Shown piece by piece: positions 15,001 through 19,598 of a DNA stretch of 64,000 nucleotides. How positions within the stretch are numbered: position 1 is the stretch's first letter; each line of letters begins with the position of its first letter. This DNA is from a virus (lineage: Duplodnaviria; Caudoviricetes): positions 18,039 through 82,038 of the IMG/VR virus record IMGVR_UViG_3300010344_000600, one strand, 5' to 3'. The translations under genes and the position numbers were made by a program. The notes under the pieces were generated by a model, which did no database searches, was not told where the DNA came from, and saw only the letters and a list, made by a program, of their open reading frames with translations.

Positions 15001-15197
15001 CGGAGAAGGTGTCCAACGCACAAGCCGCTTTGCGTGACTGGAATGAAAAGAACCCGGAGAGTAAGATTGTCATCAGCCGAGCGGCCATCTTGCGCCTCGT
15101 GCAGCAGGCCCGATTGACGTCCGATCAACGGATGGTGAATACGATGCCCAAACAGATGAAGGCGCAGTTGCGACAGACGCTGGAAGGCAACTATTGA
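3..15197 (+). CDS. Giant polyvalent virion/anti-restriction protein (DarB-like), 5'-truncated by the window, >5,060 aa
   Basis: The frame is open from nt 3 (DPIAIAEAQ...), upstream of the track GTG at 195. Motifs: pyrophosphatase-like IENPKGSERSG/YGY/GADGDQVD (~300-720); LPD1 with AHEWAHAMD and YWSNDLELFARAFE (~3980-4870); N6-MTase QFSTPP/EPSAGTG/NPPF (~6500-7140); strawberry-notch helicase GDGTGVGKGRE, FDEAH, GRTHRTNQ (~7560-10700); two HExxH zincins (~11060, ~11790); YSPLMRFG (~13210). Confidence 0.9.
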   Translation, partial: DPIAIAEAQTQARVDAARADEQRTAARNLIRDRVAHGYTEIKDGALLNPKTGATHPLNNPAEFLVAHNALRNRIDEAAHTAATSHQNDLTQPSDAQKEAGNYAKGHVEWNGLNLAIENPKGSERSGTDPNGKAWSVTMPGHYGYVKKTLGADGDQVDLYLGNAPHSKKVFVVDQIDADTGKFDEHKAIGNVRDEAEATKLYDAGFSDGKGPQRRGAITEMSVDQFKDWVKKGDTTKALAYKVPNMAPSPKESARSKPRLGESPQEVWAAIKAANGGIIVNGRTARPAIRVPGLTGTFSLANDFTLDKLVAGGKGLIKATREENKAVDAAVDQDRAEVVAMSQWGQHAGDKNGNQKVIQVLHSPSGNSYQTQPNPTQPEENNATIPEAAQAIEAEAQGSEQQPAVENDESRFVAAAAELGLSPFNNNPNIQARYFGPYNRSGELIEKETVVSLNRNPDERVFPYRLMHVNMVSKPQISLVDKRFKTLSDAVEATREALVVAEKNAPTENKDAEVSAEFNQEATESAPGEINTDIAENAQNPVANEDDAQNTASELPFGIEIKSFQHTKTGETKFAVVVPVRTSSEDYQTLNKTAIKHRGRYSSFKGSGAVPGFLFGSNENAVAWANDPAVAGVLKGYEKADETKSEAATPKKPEESNQERSFRKWGENYNTVVNTADLSSVSLADLERADSWADSFIASERRKGWDGGAVNETIINAMAPDVAAIKAELSKRYAERDARLESAKTGAVLAKAGSILLDEYGENEWSLDADLIDDVAARNYVTIRQGMMGERKQAVTPYEIKKRIAEDAKFRAEHPNKSKAEENTPSASDAVPTEATPASIPYQYLLTGELWDAMSYSQHEAIANGYIGGMRAVVHRLSGSKWADIGPGERKSLQESYDKLEQQRESSRKADESQEVARAAAEAEVFEAMRQVPAVINAATNSPHNLDVEIERQVAQWLGDQIHAAAIAGDGDRARALSSLLADNKPVLPPSFFEGLKESLKQAEAIDKEDALAEKGHDPANLAYVKAELQADQKDAFLQGWAHALAGKTKSTLPGNAAAAKGYDTAREWLTTPEGRAAFSGKRAKKLENTGADLRRWFDKQKAKIRDDSDNEAVIAALDLATGRADLMRGMVADLATPGTLRWMEQMRYGVMPFKQWITERGMLQRLYGRVGNTDTARMSLYLEGKAYLKDDLENPDAPRSFFDEIKLASTREQRIAKLRDAAQEYATLMSLLTDGVRAAGTVEEAARALQSVLWGDESQEMTFNVYDQKNYSDTGKLVATLLSHPDRTAWRFAWNGKNLRDQTYSLRGLIDKENDALTTTKKAALVPPRLDHVERTGEDYRGGSNVSPEQFKRKFNFADVGFGKWVNSRQDQDHLNYAYDAFLDLAKLLNVPPESIALGGKLHFTIGALGQGKFAAHYAPSQPHPDGGTVPVINVTNTRGDGTVAHEWAHAMDLTPQERLSVEGDYAHLARAISIIKADLKYAYHFDAVKAGVMRMLGGDAWWKGDKRSAQTDAGRLENARRAIDYYSGASHQLSTYYKEAIKLDGNKTKDPYWSNDLELFARAFEGWTGDALNGTSTYLVNPEWSGEGMVTDKTHRGTPYPLGEERERFAQWFDALAKSMVYDAEIKALRLDALKWAENRPKHGDEWKTALDDLRASLPAILKQVKQEQAEKEATESAARDEARTMAVGDVIRARRMNNGLSSRFPDPLTITAVTPTPDGLGVPRISFMVDDPAGVKPTEHTYTGEFFEVMERATDRALKEAAAAKTEAESSAPAIEPTGTLSDTDYERLFDEAAAELSEAAAEQPESPVTAALPGGWTVEDVKEIQALVNAGKIVLVADEKLGIPTIHDFSGRSAHLGFGTFRLSTPEFEVLFDGGAAMHNTPSGKGYTVVLVNSGTFPYDEAGVKATLQGLLSGTGTAETAIAAEDKGSMPEPDGQPDKKDEQPKPAKKPRPGKLPKLDDQVQKTASALIADAAKMGVKGVDEALTGLVKLFGGGAGKLMSFPAGMDEDTYKSAKPHFEAALKSFQEAGMSLKDLFKWLIEKFGLGIKPYALHFAKESALSTDLGEKPSARLAVSGFVQKQMAKSEAFTSRQLFDEADRAFGGTQAEGKYSPKDAYDAMESGVNQYLLATPFPIAVEADKAADIASLLQDKIRILPTQTRRDAEMDEFQQFSTPPALSYVANWVAAIKPGEIMAEPSAGTGDLAVWAKKAGADLILNELSSRRVSGLKELFPGARVFSENAEQLHNVLPIDAVPTVVVMNPPFSATAGRAAGTRDTMNGARHIEQALKRLTPNGRLVAIVGQGMAADRPAFKEWWKSISATYNVRANIGIDGSEYAKYGTTFDNQILVIDKDGPTQGVVLTGKVARVAELPALLEKIRDTRPQPTRPNRPGESDADQPGGSDLSDQDGLGYQPGGDLRPDTDALGSGKRPKGKGNKRGGRLDQQSGGTPGAAGDDATGDRGAGGGGQSNGNGPDDGNGSAGSSGDATGKSGAELQSGVVGLEAIDAKKNTDEISDSVFENYYPQRLSVPGAKPHPGRLVQSAAMGAVEPPAPTYVPNLPKKVIDKGLLSIAQIESVVYAGQAHNQMLPNGERRGFFIGDGTGVGKGREISGIILDNLRQGRDKAVWVSFNEGLFTDAKRDMTGIGADPEQLFWLGKTKADAAITAKRGVLFTTYSTLGRGGSKKQATADATTGKSKPAKTRGDQIVEWLGEDFDGVIVFDEAHSMGNAIEMRGRRGKKKPSAQAIAGIDLQKRLPKARIVYVSATGATELSNLSYASRLGLWGEGTPFATPIKFINDVSAGGVAAMELIARDMKALGMYIARSLSYDGVTYERLDHELTPLQTDIYNELAKTWQTVLLNVNEALGITGQDMSGDAKSAALSAFWSTHQRFFNQVITSMQTPTVIESMRQQIAAGHAVVIQLTNTNEAEQERQVARAQATDTALEELDFTPRQALMDYVRNGFPVAAYETYVDDNGNTRSRPVVDSEGNLVQDQDAVAMRDQLLGTLEQIRVPENPIDAIINAFGSDKVGEVTGRKRRFVQTRDEDGNLKIVEEKRGSHAAKNDADSFQDDKKPILIFSQAGGTGYSFHASNEVKNQRRRIHYILQPGWRADVAIQGTGRTHRTNQANEPHYALPTTNLKAQKRFVSTIARRMDQMGALTRGQRQAAGQGLFSAADNLESQYAIDALDMFFNDLYSGKTPLNFNDITQAMGLTGLINEDTGGLNTSRLPEIPQFLNRLLSLQTHEQDAVFDEFSKRLDEIVAYAVQNGTFDNGLQTLRAESIVKKRDEVAYVDPRTGAETRYIEVDVTNPIRYTKWKDASAIKGFPDFKGWFKDQHGRLFGFRDLGDRVDAAGKTVRRGAKYDTRGRTIYVDNAADVLQGYRYIHKDGLSVKETIAIPMNIADMPAAWAAEIEVAPKKSTQLNRLVVGVILPVWDRVRGRSTIVRLQTDDGERMIGRLLTTKDAEATLKNLGLGSSVSKLSTAEVLSRILAGEKAILGNGWEISRVKVSGEDRLELKSSSGYFANGDQSILKSQGVFFERIQWNERAFIPMGEQAESVFKRVTESRQVVDLIGSSKKAQDDASETVFSMGSGEVRISTADKAVYGMANEGRSAAEILGFIQASSRNPFYRQLAKLLLKTGINPSVTVGDSKGWKFNAGRDNKYSAAYNPKTDAISLFRPASAERHALHEMVHAATIKALQKQGLSSLKMRALFAHVKKSGKLKGMYGMTDIDEFMAEAFTNPFFQEKLRSVSAPSGMNGLKNAWHWFVRVVSKILGLEQGDETALSAVLSIGVGVMRENKQANNSESTRSGYTESMAKDNLDPDDKEAAFVQSNVEGKSLLEVAQWIESAGAPSERLIASKVIDRLQMLQRAGVALNFKVAHVGDKIPVSLANARGMASYNFGKNDSRIDVWVNGSDVTGKVGMSPYIVLHELVHAATMGAVRLGNYKVAAGTKLAADVADLYAVSNAVNTHINQRIKAAKQGKTKLTPFEQAMFDGDINAFSTPNETLAWALTDAKAQSYLESIPYKGKSAWTAFVQAIRNLLGLSPSSDTALSEVLRVAEALMSDNINEMIPIANATGTAMTVQSSSVQEVATNDDIRYSTSADPSAINGTPDIERWRDILKSPDVLKSLRQQIADQFQSQKTFNWWHRTIGSQYHKAKVDADFAKVYERAQQYLDDTSRLANEAADLAPGLLPKTNNMADAARGIYHMFGDKKDAQAIAGPVFHGTMLEKTFTDDELRNPPEDIFGKPQFAPLTDKQIKLYRQYRATIDKSLDDLAISEMARLSRTSKMLQAPQGLSLRATVAFYREQYEAALENAQTALADVKQQHADDMAMLESAAQDQASNADERKKYAGLREAMKTRQAAELSAAQRTVDNLEELDKGIVGRAGIIEKLKGEGYSPLMRFGQYTVDVFYEDENGKPMKDTDGNEMRPFFGMYESEAMANKVARALTAEYPDATVKKGIMSQRDFSLFKGVTPETLEIFGKLMGAEQDEAFQSYLKLAVNNRSAMKRLVHRMGVAGFNDDPTRVLASFITSNARAAAGNYHLGEMLRETSAIPKGKGDVKDEAVKLLQYLQNPSSEGAWLRSLLFANFLGGSVASALVNLTQTFITTVPFLHQFGGNTTGNVLSAMKLAAGRMGTKKKTTGDAVLDQSLKRAEEEGVVSPHEIHMLQGESMRSGVLTGNRFTRNLMKGWGSFFSVAEQYNREVAFIAAYKVAQTKGMSGEQAYQFAVDAVNQTQFQYSKASRSNWGRGPVGASLMIFKTFTLSYLEFVKRLPPKERALAMAVLFVAAGAQGLPFADDLDDLLDTIMQSLGFAWNTKQEKRAAIAKVLGADAAGFIQYGVSYGLPIDLSGRLGLGNLIPGSAAFKPSETNKTRDVAEFFGAAGGLLQQAMKGFEKVQSGDVLGAAKALAPKAAADAIKGLDMANKGYYTDTTGRRVADVSGLDALVKGIGFQPEVIAEDARARSIVQDQITLDRSVQGHIQSMWSQGLIENDPEKVSNAQAALRDWNEKNPESKIVISRAAILRLVQQARLTSDQRMVNTMPKQMKAQLRQTLEGNY

Positions 15198-15331
15198 AAA
15201 CGCTCGGGAATATCGTGGCGGTGATGATGGTGGCTGGAACAGTGGCCTCCATTATCGATCAGCCGCTGATCCTGGTTTACTTTGCGGTGGTCTTCCTGCT
15301 GTTCAGTGGGCTGAACTGGAACGATCGCTAG
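15194..15331 (+). CDS. Small two-TM membrane protein, 45 aa (MKTLGNIVAVMMVAGTVASIIDQPLILVYFAVVFLLFSGLNWNDR)
   Basis: The TTG start overlaps the giant gene's TGA (TTGA). It has two hydrophobic stretches and is below the ORF-track size cutoff. Confidence 0.5.
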   Translation: MKTLGNIVAVMMVAGTVASIIDQPLILVYFAVVFLLFSGLNWNDR

Positions 15332-15530
15332 GGCGCGCTGCATCGGCACGTATCTGTGCCGCCATGTTCTCCAGCAGATCGGCCAGGACGGATGCGGATA
15401 GCTCGCTGGTAGCTTGCACAGAAAATCCGCTTCCCTGAGCGCCGTTCAGGATGATGACCAGCACGCCTTGCGCGTGCGTCAATTCGCGTACCTGCGTGGC
15501 CACGTCATCGTACTTTCCAGGTCCGTGCAT
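15303..15530 (-). CDS. Hypothetical phage protein, 75 aa
   Basis: ATG with upstream AAAAGGAAAAG; globular composition. Confidence 0.65.
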   Translation of the reverse strand: MHGPGKYDDVATQVRELTHAQGVLVIILNGAQGSGFSVQATSELSASVLADLLENMAAQIRADAARPSDRSSSAH

Positions 15531-15681
15531 TTGCTTTTCCTTTTATCTCAAACTGAAGCACGCTGATTAAGCGCCTGGCGATGGTTCCCTAATCATCAGG
15601 CCGGGCCCCGAGCAGTTGCCCGCAGGGCAAGGGTCGGGCTGGCAGTCCAAGCGAAGCGCGGCAGGGAAGCGGAGAGATGAG

Positions 15682-15690
15682 TTATCCACA
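15682..15690 (+). promoter_or_regulatory. DnaA box (TTATCCACA)
   Basis: Perfect consensus match, next to an AT-rich tract (15701-15730) and repeats. Confidence 0.7.
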
Positions 15691-15730
15691 GGCCGCTTCC
15701 TATAGTTCTTTAATATACAAAATATAGTTA

Positions 15731-15811
15731 TGGTCCCTCCATGGACCGTATTAAATCGCATTTAGTACGGTCCACCCATGGACCGTACTGCTGGTCCTCC
15801 AATGGACCGTA
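15731..15811. repeat. Three palindromic units GGTCC-N6-GGACCGTA, putative Rep-binding sites/origin
   Basis: TGGTCCCTCCATGGACCGTA (15731-50), TACGGTCCACCCATGGACCGTA (15766-87), TGGTCCTCCAATGGACCGTA (15792-811), directly downstream of the rep gene. Confidence 0.8.
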
Positions 15812-15816
15812 CACGC

Positions 15817-16449
15817 TTATTTGCTAGGCAGAAGTTTTGACAGGCTCGGCGCGATGCGGGCGAATAGTTCAGCGCCAAGTTGTTGGTGGTATGCATCGCT
15901 CTCGGCCGACGAACTCATTGGCAGTGACGATGCCTTGATTGATGATTTCAGCGTTTTTGACTTTTCATCCCAAACAAAGCCCGGTCCTGGAATAATCTCC
16001 ACTTCCGCCCATGCCTCGTCGTCGTGCTCTCCAGTCTTGAGCGATTGATTCAGGCGATTGAGTTGAACGCGTAACTTGTTCGGCACGTAGTCAATCACCA
16101 CAAAACATATCACCCGGCCGCCCAGCCGCACCGCCAATCGTTCTCTGGCAATGTAAGTCTGCCCTTTGCGCTTGAACTTCGATTCTTCAATAACGCGCAG
16201 CATATGTGCGTCGATCAGAATCTTAACGGCACGCACCACGGTTTGATGCGATACGCCGATCTTCTTTCCGATCTCGCGCATGCCAGGGAACGCCTCGCCG
16301 GTCGTAAAGTCGGCATAGCACTTGATAACCGACCACACCGCATAGGCGTTGACCCCGATCTCGGCAACGATACCGGACGCGAACATATCCCGTTGCTGGG
16401 TTTGAAATGTGCTGTCTATCTCGCCTTCCATTCCTCGCCTATCGCTCAA
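15817..16449 (-). CDS. Winged-HTH plasmid-type replication initiator (putative)
   Basis: AYAVWSVIKCYAD..TGEAFPGMREIGKKIGVSHQTVVRAVKIL is an HTH typical of Rep-like proteins; it lies between the par genes and the origin-like repeats. Confidence 0.65.
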   Translation of the reverse strand: MSDRRGMEGEIDSTFQTQQRDMFASGIVAEIGVNAYAVWSVIKCYADFTTGEAFPGMREIGKKIGVSHQTVVRAVKILIDAHMLRVIEESKFKRKGQTYIARERLAVRLGGRVICFVVIDYVPNKLRVQLNRLNQSLKTGEHDDEAWAEVEIIPGPGFVWDEKSKTLKSSIKASSLPMSSSAESDAYHQQLGAELFARIAPSLSKLLPSK

Positions 16450-16684
16450 TGTTGGTCGCTGCGCGACGTATCTTCACCTCGACATAATGGCGCTTCCTGC
16501 GCCGCTGGTCGATCGCCTCGATCGCCTTGAGCCCATCCCCCCACGTTGGCACCGCCAGCGTGTTCAACTGCCCAAGACGATTGTACTTGCCGCCATTGGC
16601 GCTCATGAGTACCACATCCCCGAGCAGATCCAGGTGCAGGCTGACCATGTAGTAGCGGGTGGGTGTTTCCCAGCGGCGGATCAT
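16439..16684 (-). CDS. WGR-domain-like small protein
   Basis: RYYMVSLHLDLLGDVVL...GG...LGQ...RRRKRHY pattern. Confidence 0.6.
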   Translation of the reverse strand: MIRRWETPTRYYMVSLHLDLLGDVVLMSANGGKYNRLGQLNTLAVPTWGDGLKAIEAIDQRRRKRHYVEVKIRRAATNIER

Positions 16685-16690
16685 GGCGCG

Positions 16691-17014
16691 TCAGTCAGTT
16701 CCTATACCTTTGGCTTTGAGCAGCCGCTTGGCCTCGACCTCCAGCGCTTCAATGACGATCTTGCGCATGCTGCTTCCCCAGGTCATGCCGCCAATCCATT
16801 TCAGCTTGCAATGCAACTTGGCGGGCAAAGCGACGACATAGGTTTGCGTGGCTTCCTCGGGGATATCTTCCCAAGGGTGTTTCTCTGGCTTGGTCTCGAC
16901 CGGCCTGGAAACGGCCCGGAGTTGTTTCGCCGGCTTCTTGGAGTCGATTGGGGCAGCGTCTTTGGTCGGCGGCGTGACGATCGGCAGCACATAGGACTCG
17001 TTCTTAGCGACCAT
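16691..17014 (-). CDS. ParG/ParB-like small partition adaptor (ribbon-helix-helix C-terminus)
   Basis: Overlaps the parA stop. Disordered N-terminus plus TYVVALPAKLHCKLKW...SMRKIVIEALE (RHH-like). Start taken at ATG 17014. Confidence 0.65.
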   Translation of the reverse strand: MVAKNESYVLPIVTPPTKDAAPIDSKKPAKQLRAVSRPVETKPEKHPWEDIPEEATQTYVVALPAKLHCKLKWIGGMTWGSSMRKIVIEALEVEAKRLLKAKGIGTD

Positions 17015-17660
17015 GTTTAATGACCTCTCTGGTAATGGAATGCAGTTCGGCAATTGCCTTTTTGTTGACCGGTTTGTGTTCCATAACGGCTTTCCCGTGG
17101 GGAATGGCATCGCTGAAGGCGCCGCGCTGATGGGCCATGGAGGACAGGACTTTGAATTCCTTGAACGGGGCGACCGAGTTGCGCATGGTCGTTGCATCGC
17201 GGGCTCGGCTATGGGTGGACATGCCATTGAGCAGCAGCAAGGAGCGCAACTGTGGATTGCTGGTTCGGCGGATTTCGCCCAGCAGCGGATTGAGCATCGA
17301 CAAGGCGTGAAAATCGAAGTATCCCGAGCGGGCCGGTGTCACCAGCACATCAGAAACGTCGAGCGCCGAGTGCAACTCGACTGAGTTGTAGCCGGCCACG
17401 TCGATCACCACGTCCTTGTAGTCGACGGACAGATCGCGGATCTGGTTGCCGACATTTCGGCCGTCCAGGATAGCCAGCGGTATCGCCGGCAGGATTCCCG
17501 CTTCTGCCCGCAAATGGCACCAGACAGAGGCCGACCCTTGCTGGTCGGTATCCACGAGCAGAACCTTGCGGCCCATGCGCGCCAGGCTGACCGCAAAATT
17601 CACGGACAAGGTGGATTTTCCAGTGCCGCCTTTGGTGCCTCCAAAAATATAGATAGCCAT
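17004..17660 (-). CDS. parA: ParA family partition ATPase (short type Ib)
   Basis: Deviant Walker A KGGTGKST, VLLVDTDQQGS, VVIDVAG; start MAIYIF at 17660. Confidence 0.92.
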   Translation of the reverse strand: MAIYIFGGTKGGTGKSTLSVNFAVSLARMGRKVLLVDTDQQGSASVWCHLRAEAGILPAIPLAILDGRNVGNQIRDLSVDYKDVVIDVAGYNSVELHSALDVSDVLVTPARSGYFDFHALSMLNPLLGEIRRTSNPQLRSLLLLNGMSTHSRARDATTMRNSVAPFKEFKVLSSMAHQRGAFSDAIPHGKAVMEHKPVNKKAIAELHSITREVIKHGR

Positions 17661-17734
17661 GCTTTCCCCGCGATCATCACCCATCCACCATAGCATAATT
17701 TGCAAGTTACGCAAATAGCGCGGGGAGAGCTAGG

Positions 17735-17962
17735 CTAGGTATTCTTGGCGAGTCGCTGGACAAAATACCGGCGCTTGTTTCTCGTTCGCTGCAGGAGGGG
17801 CCGGCGCTCTTGGGCTCTGTGGGGCAGTCGTTCAAATAATGGAATAACGAACAGGGCCTTTGTCTCTGGCCAAGACCTGAATATGTCGAACCATCGCCAA
17901 TTTTTTGGGGCCAGTACGGGGCTGGATACGGAGCGTAGGTAGAGAACGATGAGGGCGTTCAT
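17735..17962 (-). CDS. Hypothetical protein, 75 aa
   Basis: ATGA overlap with the upstream gene's stop. Confidence 0.4.
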   Translation of the reverse strand: MNALIVLYLRSVSSPVLAPKNWRWFDIFRSWPETKALFVIPLFERLPHRAQERRPLLQRTRNKRRYFVQRLAKNT

Positions 17963-18381
17963 GGCGTTTCCCCAGTCACAATCGGCCCAGTCGCCACATT
18001 GATGCAATGCAGAAGTCTCCGGGTGCGGGCATTAAGCAGGCTTTGCAGCACTTGGCGCTCACCGGGCAGCAAATAGGTCCAGGACTGCTGCTCGTCGTAA
18101 GCATCGAAGAGCTTCTTCTCCAACGAGGAAATGCGCTCGATCAGCGCGCGCCGGTCACTGTCCTCGGTACGCTCGGCTTTGGGTTGGTCCGAGAACGCGG
18201 CAATGCGCTGGCCGAGAACCTCGGAAAGTTGGTGCATCAGTTCGGCTTGTTCGATCAGGCGATGGCGCTCCGGGCCGGGAAGAACCTCAAAAGGCGCGGT
18301 CCACAAGAAATCGGCCAACTTGCACAAGCGCTCGTCGAGTTCGCTCTTTTCTTTCACTACACGTTCTTGATAGGCTTCCAT
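17959..18381 (-). CDS. Phage hypothetical protein (crAss001_48-like N-terminus)
   Basis: YQERVVKEKSELDERLCKL..F...RLIEQAELM..LSEVLGQRIAAF pattern. Confidence 0.7.
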   Translation of the reverse strand: MEAYQERVVKEKSELDERLCKLADFLWTAPFEVLPGPERHRLIEQAELMHQLSEVLGQRIAAFSDQPKAERTEDSDRRALIERISSLEKKLFDAYDEQQSWTYLLPGERQVLQSLLNARTRRLLHCINVATGPIVTGETP

Positions 18382-18455
18382 TTGGCTCTCTCCGTAAGAG
18401 TGACGCCCGGCGCTTGCTATCCTGGCATCACAAAGGGTTACGCGCTCGCTTTGGC

Positions 18456-18818
18456 TTACGCCTTCGCTTTGGTTGTTTTATTGCCAGAGGCGGCCGTGGC
18501 CGGCTTGGTTACGGGGTCAGAAGACAGAATATTTGGGCCTTCCTCAACTTGCGCTTGCGCTGCGGCCTGCTTGATCTGGTAGGGCATCCACTCAGCGTAG
18601 TGGTCATGCTCTGGAGGGGCTTCGCCTTCCTGTATCAGCGCAATATTCTGGCGGGAGAAGTGGTCGCCGTGGGCATCAAAACCGCCGACGTTGATGTTTC
18701 CGTTATCATGGACGCGGCAGACCAGCGCCGGTACCGGCTGCTCGTCATGGGTCTTGATAAAAGAGTCTGATTGGGCCGGATGGAACAATACGACGCGGCC
18801 GATAGTAGGTTTGATCAT
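18456..18818 (-). CDS. Conserved phage hypothetical protein
   Basis: MIKPTIGRVVLFHP...PALVCRVH..NINV...WMPYQ; RBS AAGGAAG. Confidence 0.8.
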   Translation of the reverse strand: MIKPTIGRVVLFHPAQSDSFIKTHDEQPVPALVCRVHDNGNINVGGFDAHGDHFSRQNIALIQEGEAPPEHDHYAEWMPYQIKQAAAQAQVEEGPNILSSDPVTKPATAASGNKTTKAKA

Positions 18819-18874
18819 GGGGCTTCCTTTCTAAAATGCTCGCGCTAGGTTACGTGCGCGCGGGCGATCACGGT

Positions 18875-19183
18875 TCAAAATCCGTTGCGCTTGAATCCGT
18901 CTTCGTAGGCTTTCATTGGATTGAATGGTAAGCATTGGTTGAATGGATGGCTAGCGTTGCTAGCTAGGCCCGCAGGTAAGGCTTTCAATGCGATCTGCTC
19001 ATGCGATTGCGCTTCCTGCAACGATACGCACTGGCCGGCCAGGTGCAGGATAGCCAACTGGATCCCTTCCGACCGGTGGCCGACCTCCTTATGCTTCTTC
19101 CACAGCGCGCAGAGGTCGGCCATTTCGTCAATCACTTCTGCTATCGGGTCGTTGGCCGGAACAGGTTTCGTGCCATCTTCCAT
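18875..19183 (-). CDS. Hypothetical protein, 102 aa
   Basis: TAATG coupling to the upstream ORF. Confidence 0.6.
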   Translation of the reverse strand: MEDGTKPVPANDPIAEVIDEMADLCALWKKHKEVGHRSEGIQLAILHLAGQCVSLQEAQSHEQIALKALPAGLASNASHPFNQCLPFNPMKAYEDGFKRNGF

Positions 19184-19443
19184 TACTTTGCTCCCGAATA
19201 AAGTGCTCTCTGCAGTCCATTACACGCCATTTCATAAAGCGTCACGCTCTGGCGCAGCCACCAGTCCCGATAGATGCCAACAAACTCCCGCATCATCTGC
19301 AACTCGGGGCCGGTGGCGCCGATCTTGTCGGTGCGGCTATGCCTTTCCCGAATGGCCTGCAGCGGGATGGACATCGATTCGCACAAGGCAACAATCTTCG
19401 CATCATCCTTGTGCGCTGCCGCGATGAGCAGGACGTTGCGCAT
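19183..19443 (-). CDS. Hypothetical protein, 86 aa
   Basis: Operon position and orientation. Confidence 0.55.
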   Translation of the reverse strand: MRNVLLIAAAHKDDAKIVALCESMSIPLQAIRERHSRTDKIGATGPELQMMREFVGIYRDWWLRQSVTLYEMACNGLQRALYSGAK

Positions 19444-19444
19444 A

Positions 19445-19524
19445 TCAGTTATCGTAGCCTCCTTGTCGATCGTTTTGTTTCGCAGTCCATTGCGGCCATA
19501 CGCGCCGAGCGTCTATCCGCTCTG
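19445..19524 (-). pseudogene. 3' remnant of the Gp37/Gp68 (DUF5131) gene beyond the IS insertion
   Basis: After removing the IS and one TSD copy the frame continues DGFGF-PERIDARRVWPQWTAKQNDRQGGYDN-TGA. Confidence 0.6.
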
Positions 19525-19598
19525 GAAATCCGGGCTATCCGGATTTGATGGTGGAAACGACCGATGAGAGATAAATCATCTTTGGTGGAATCTTCCAT

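Noticed and set aside
15731-15811. Mini CRISPR array
   Set aside because: Units are ~20 bp with 4-15 nt gaps and there are no cas genes; origin repeats fit better.
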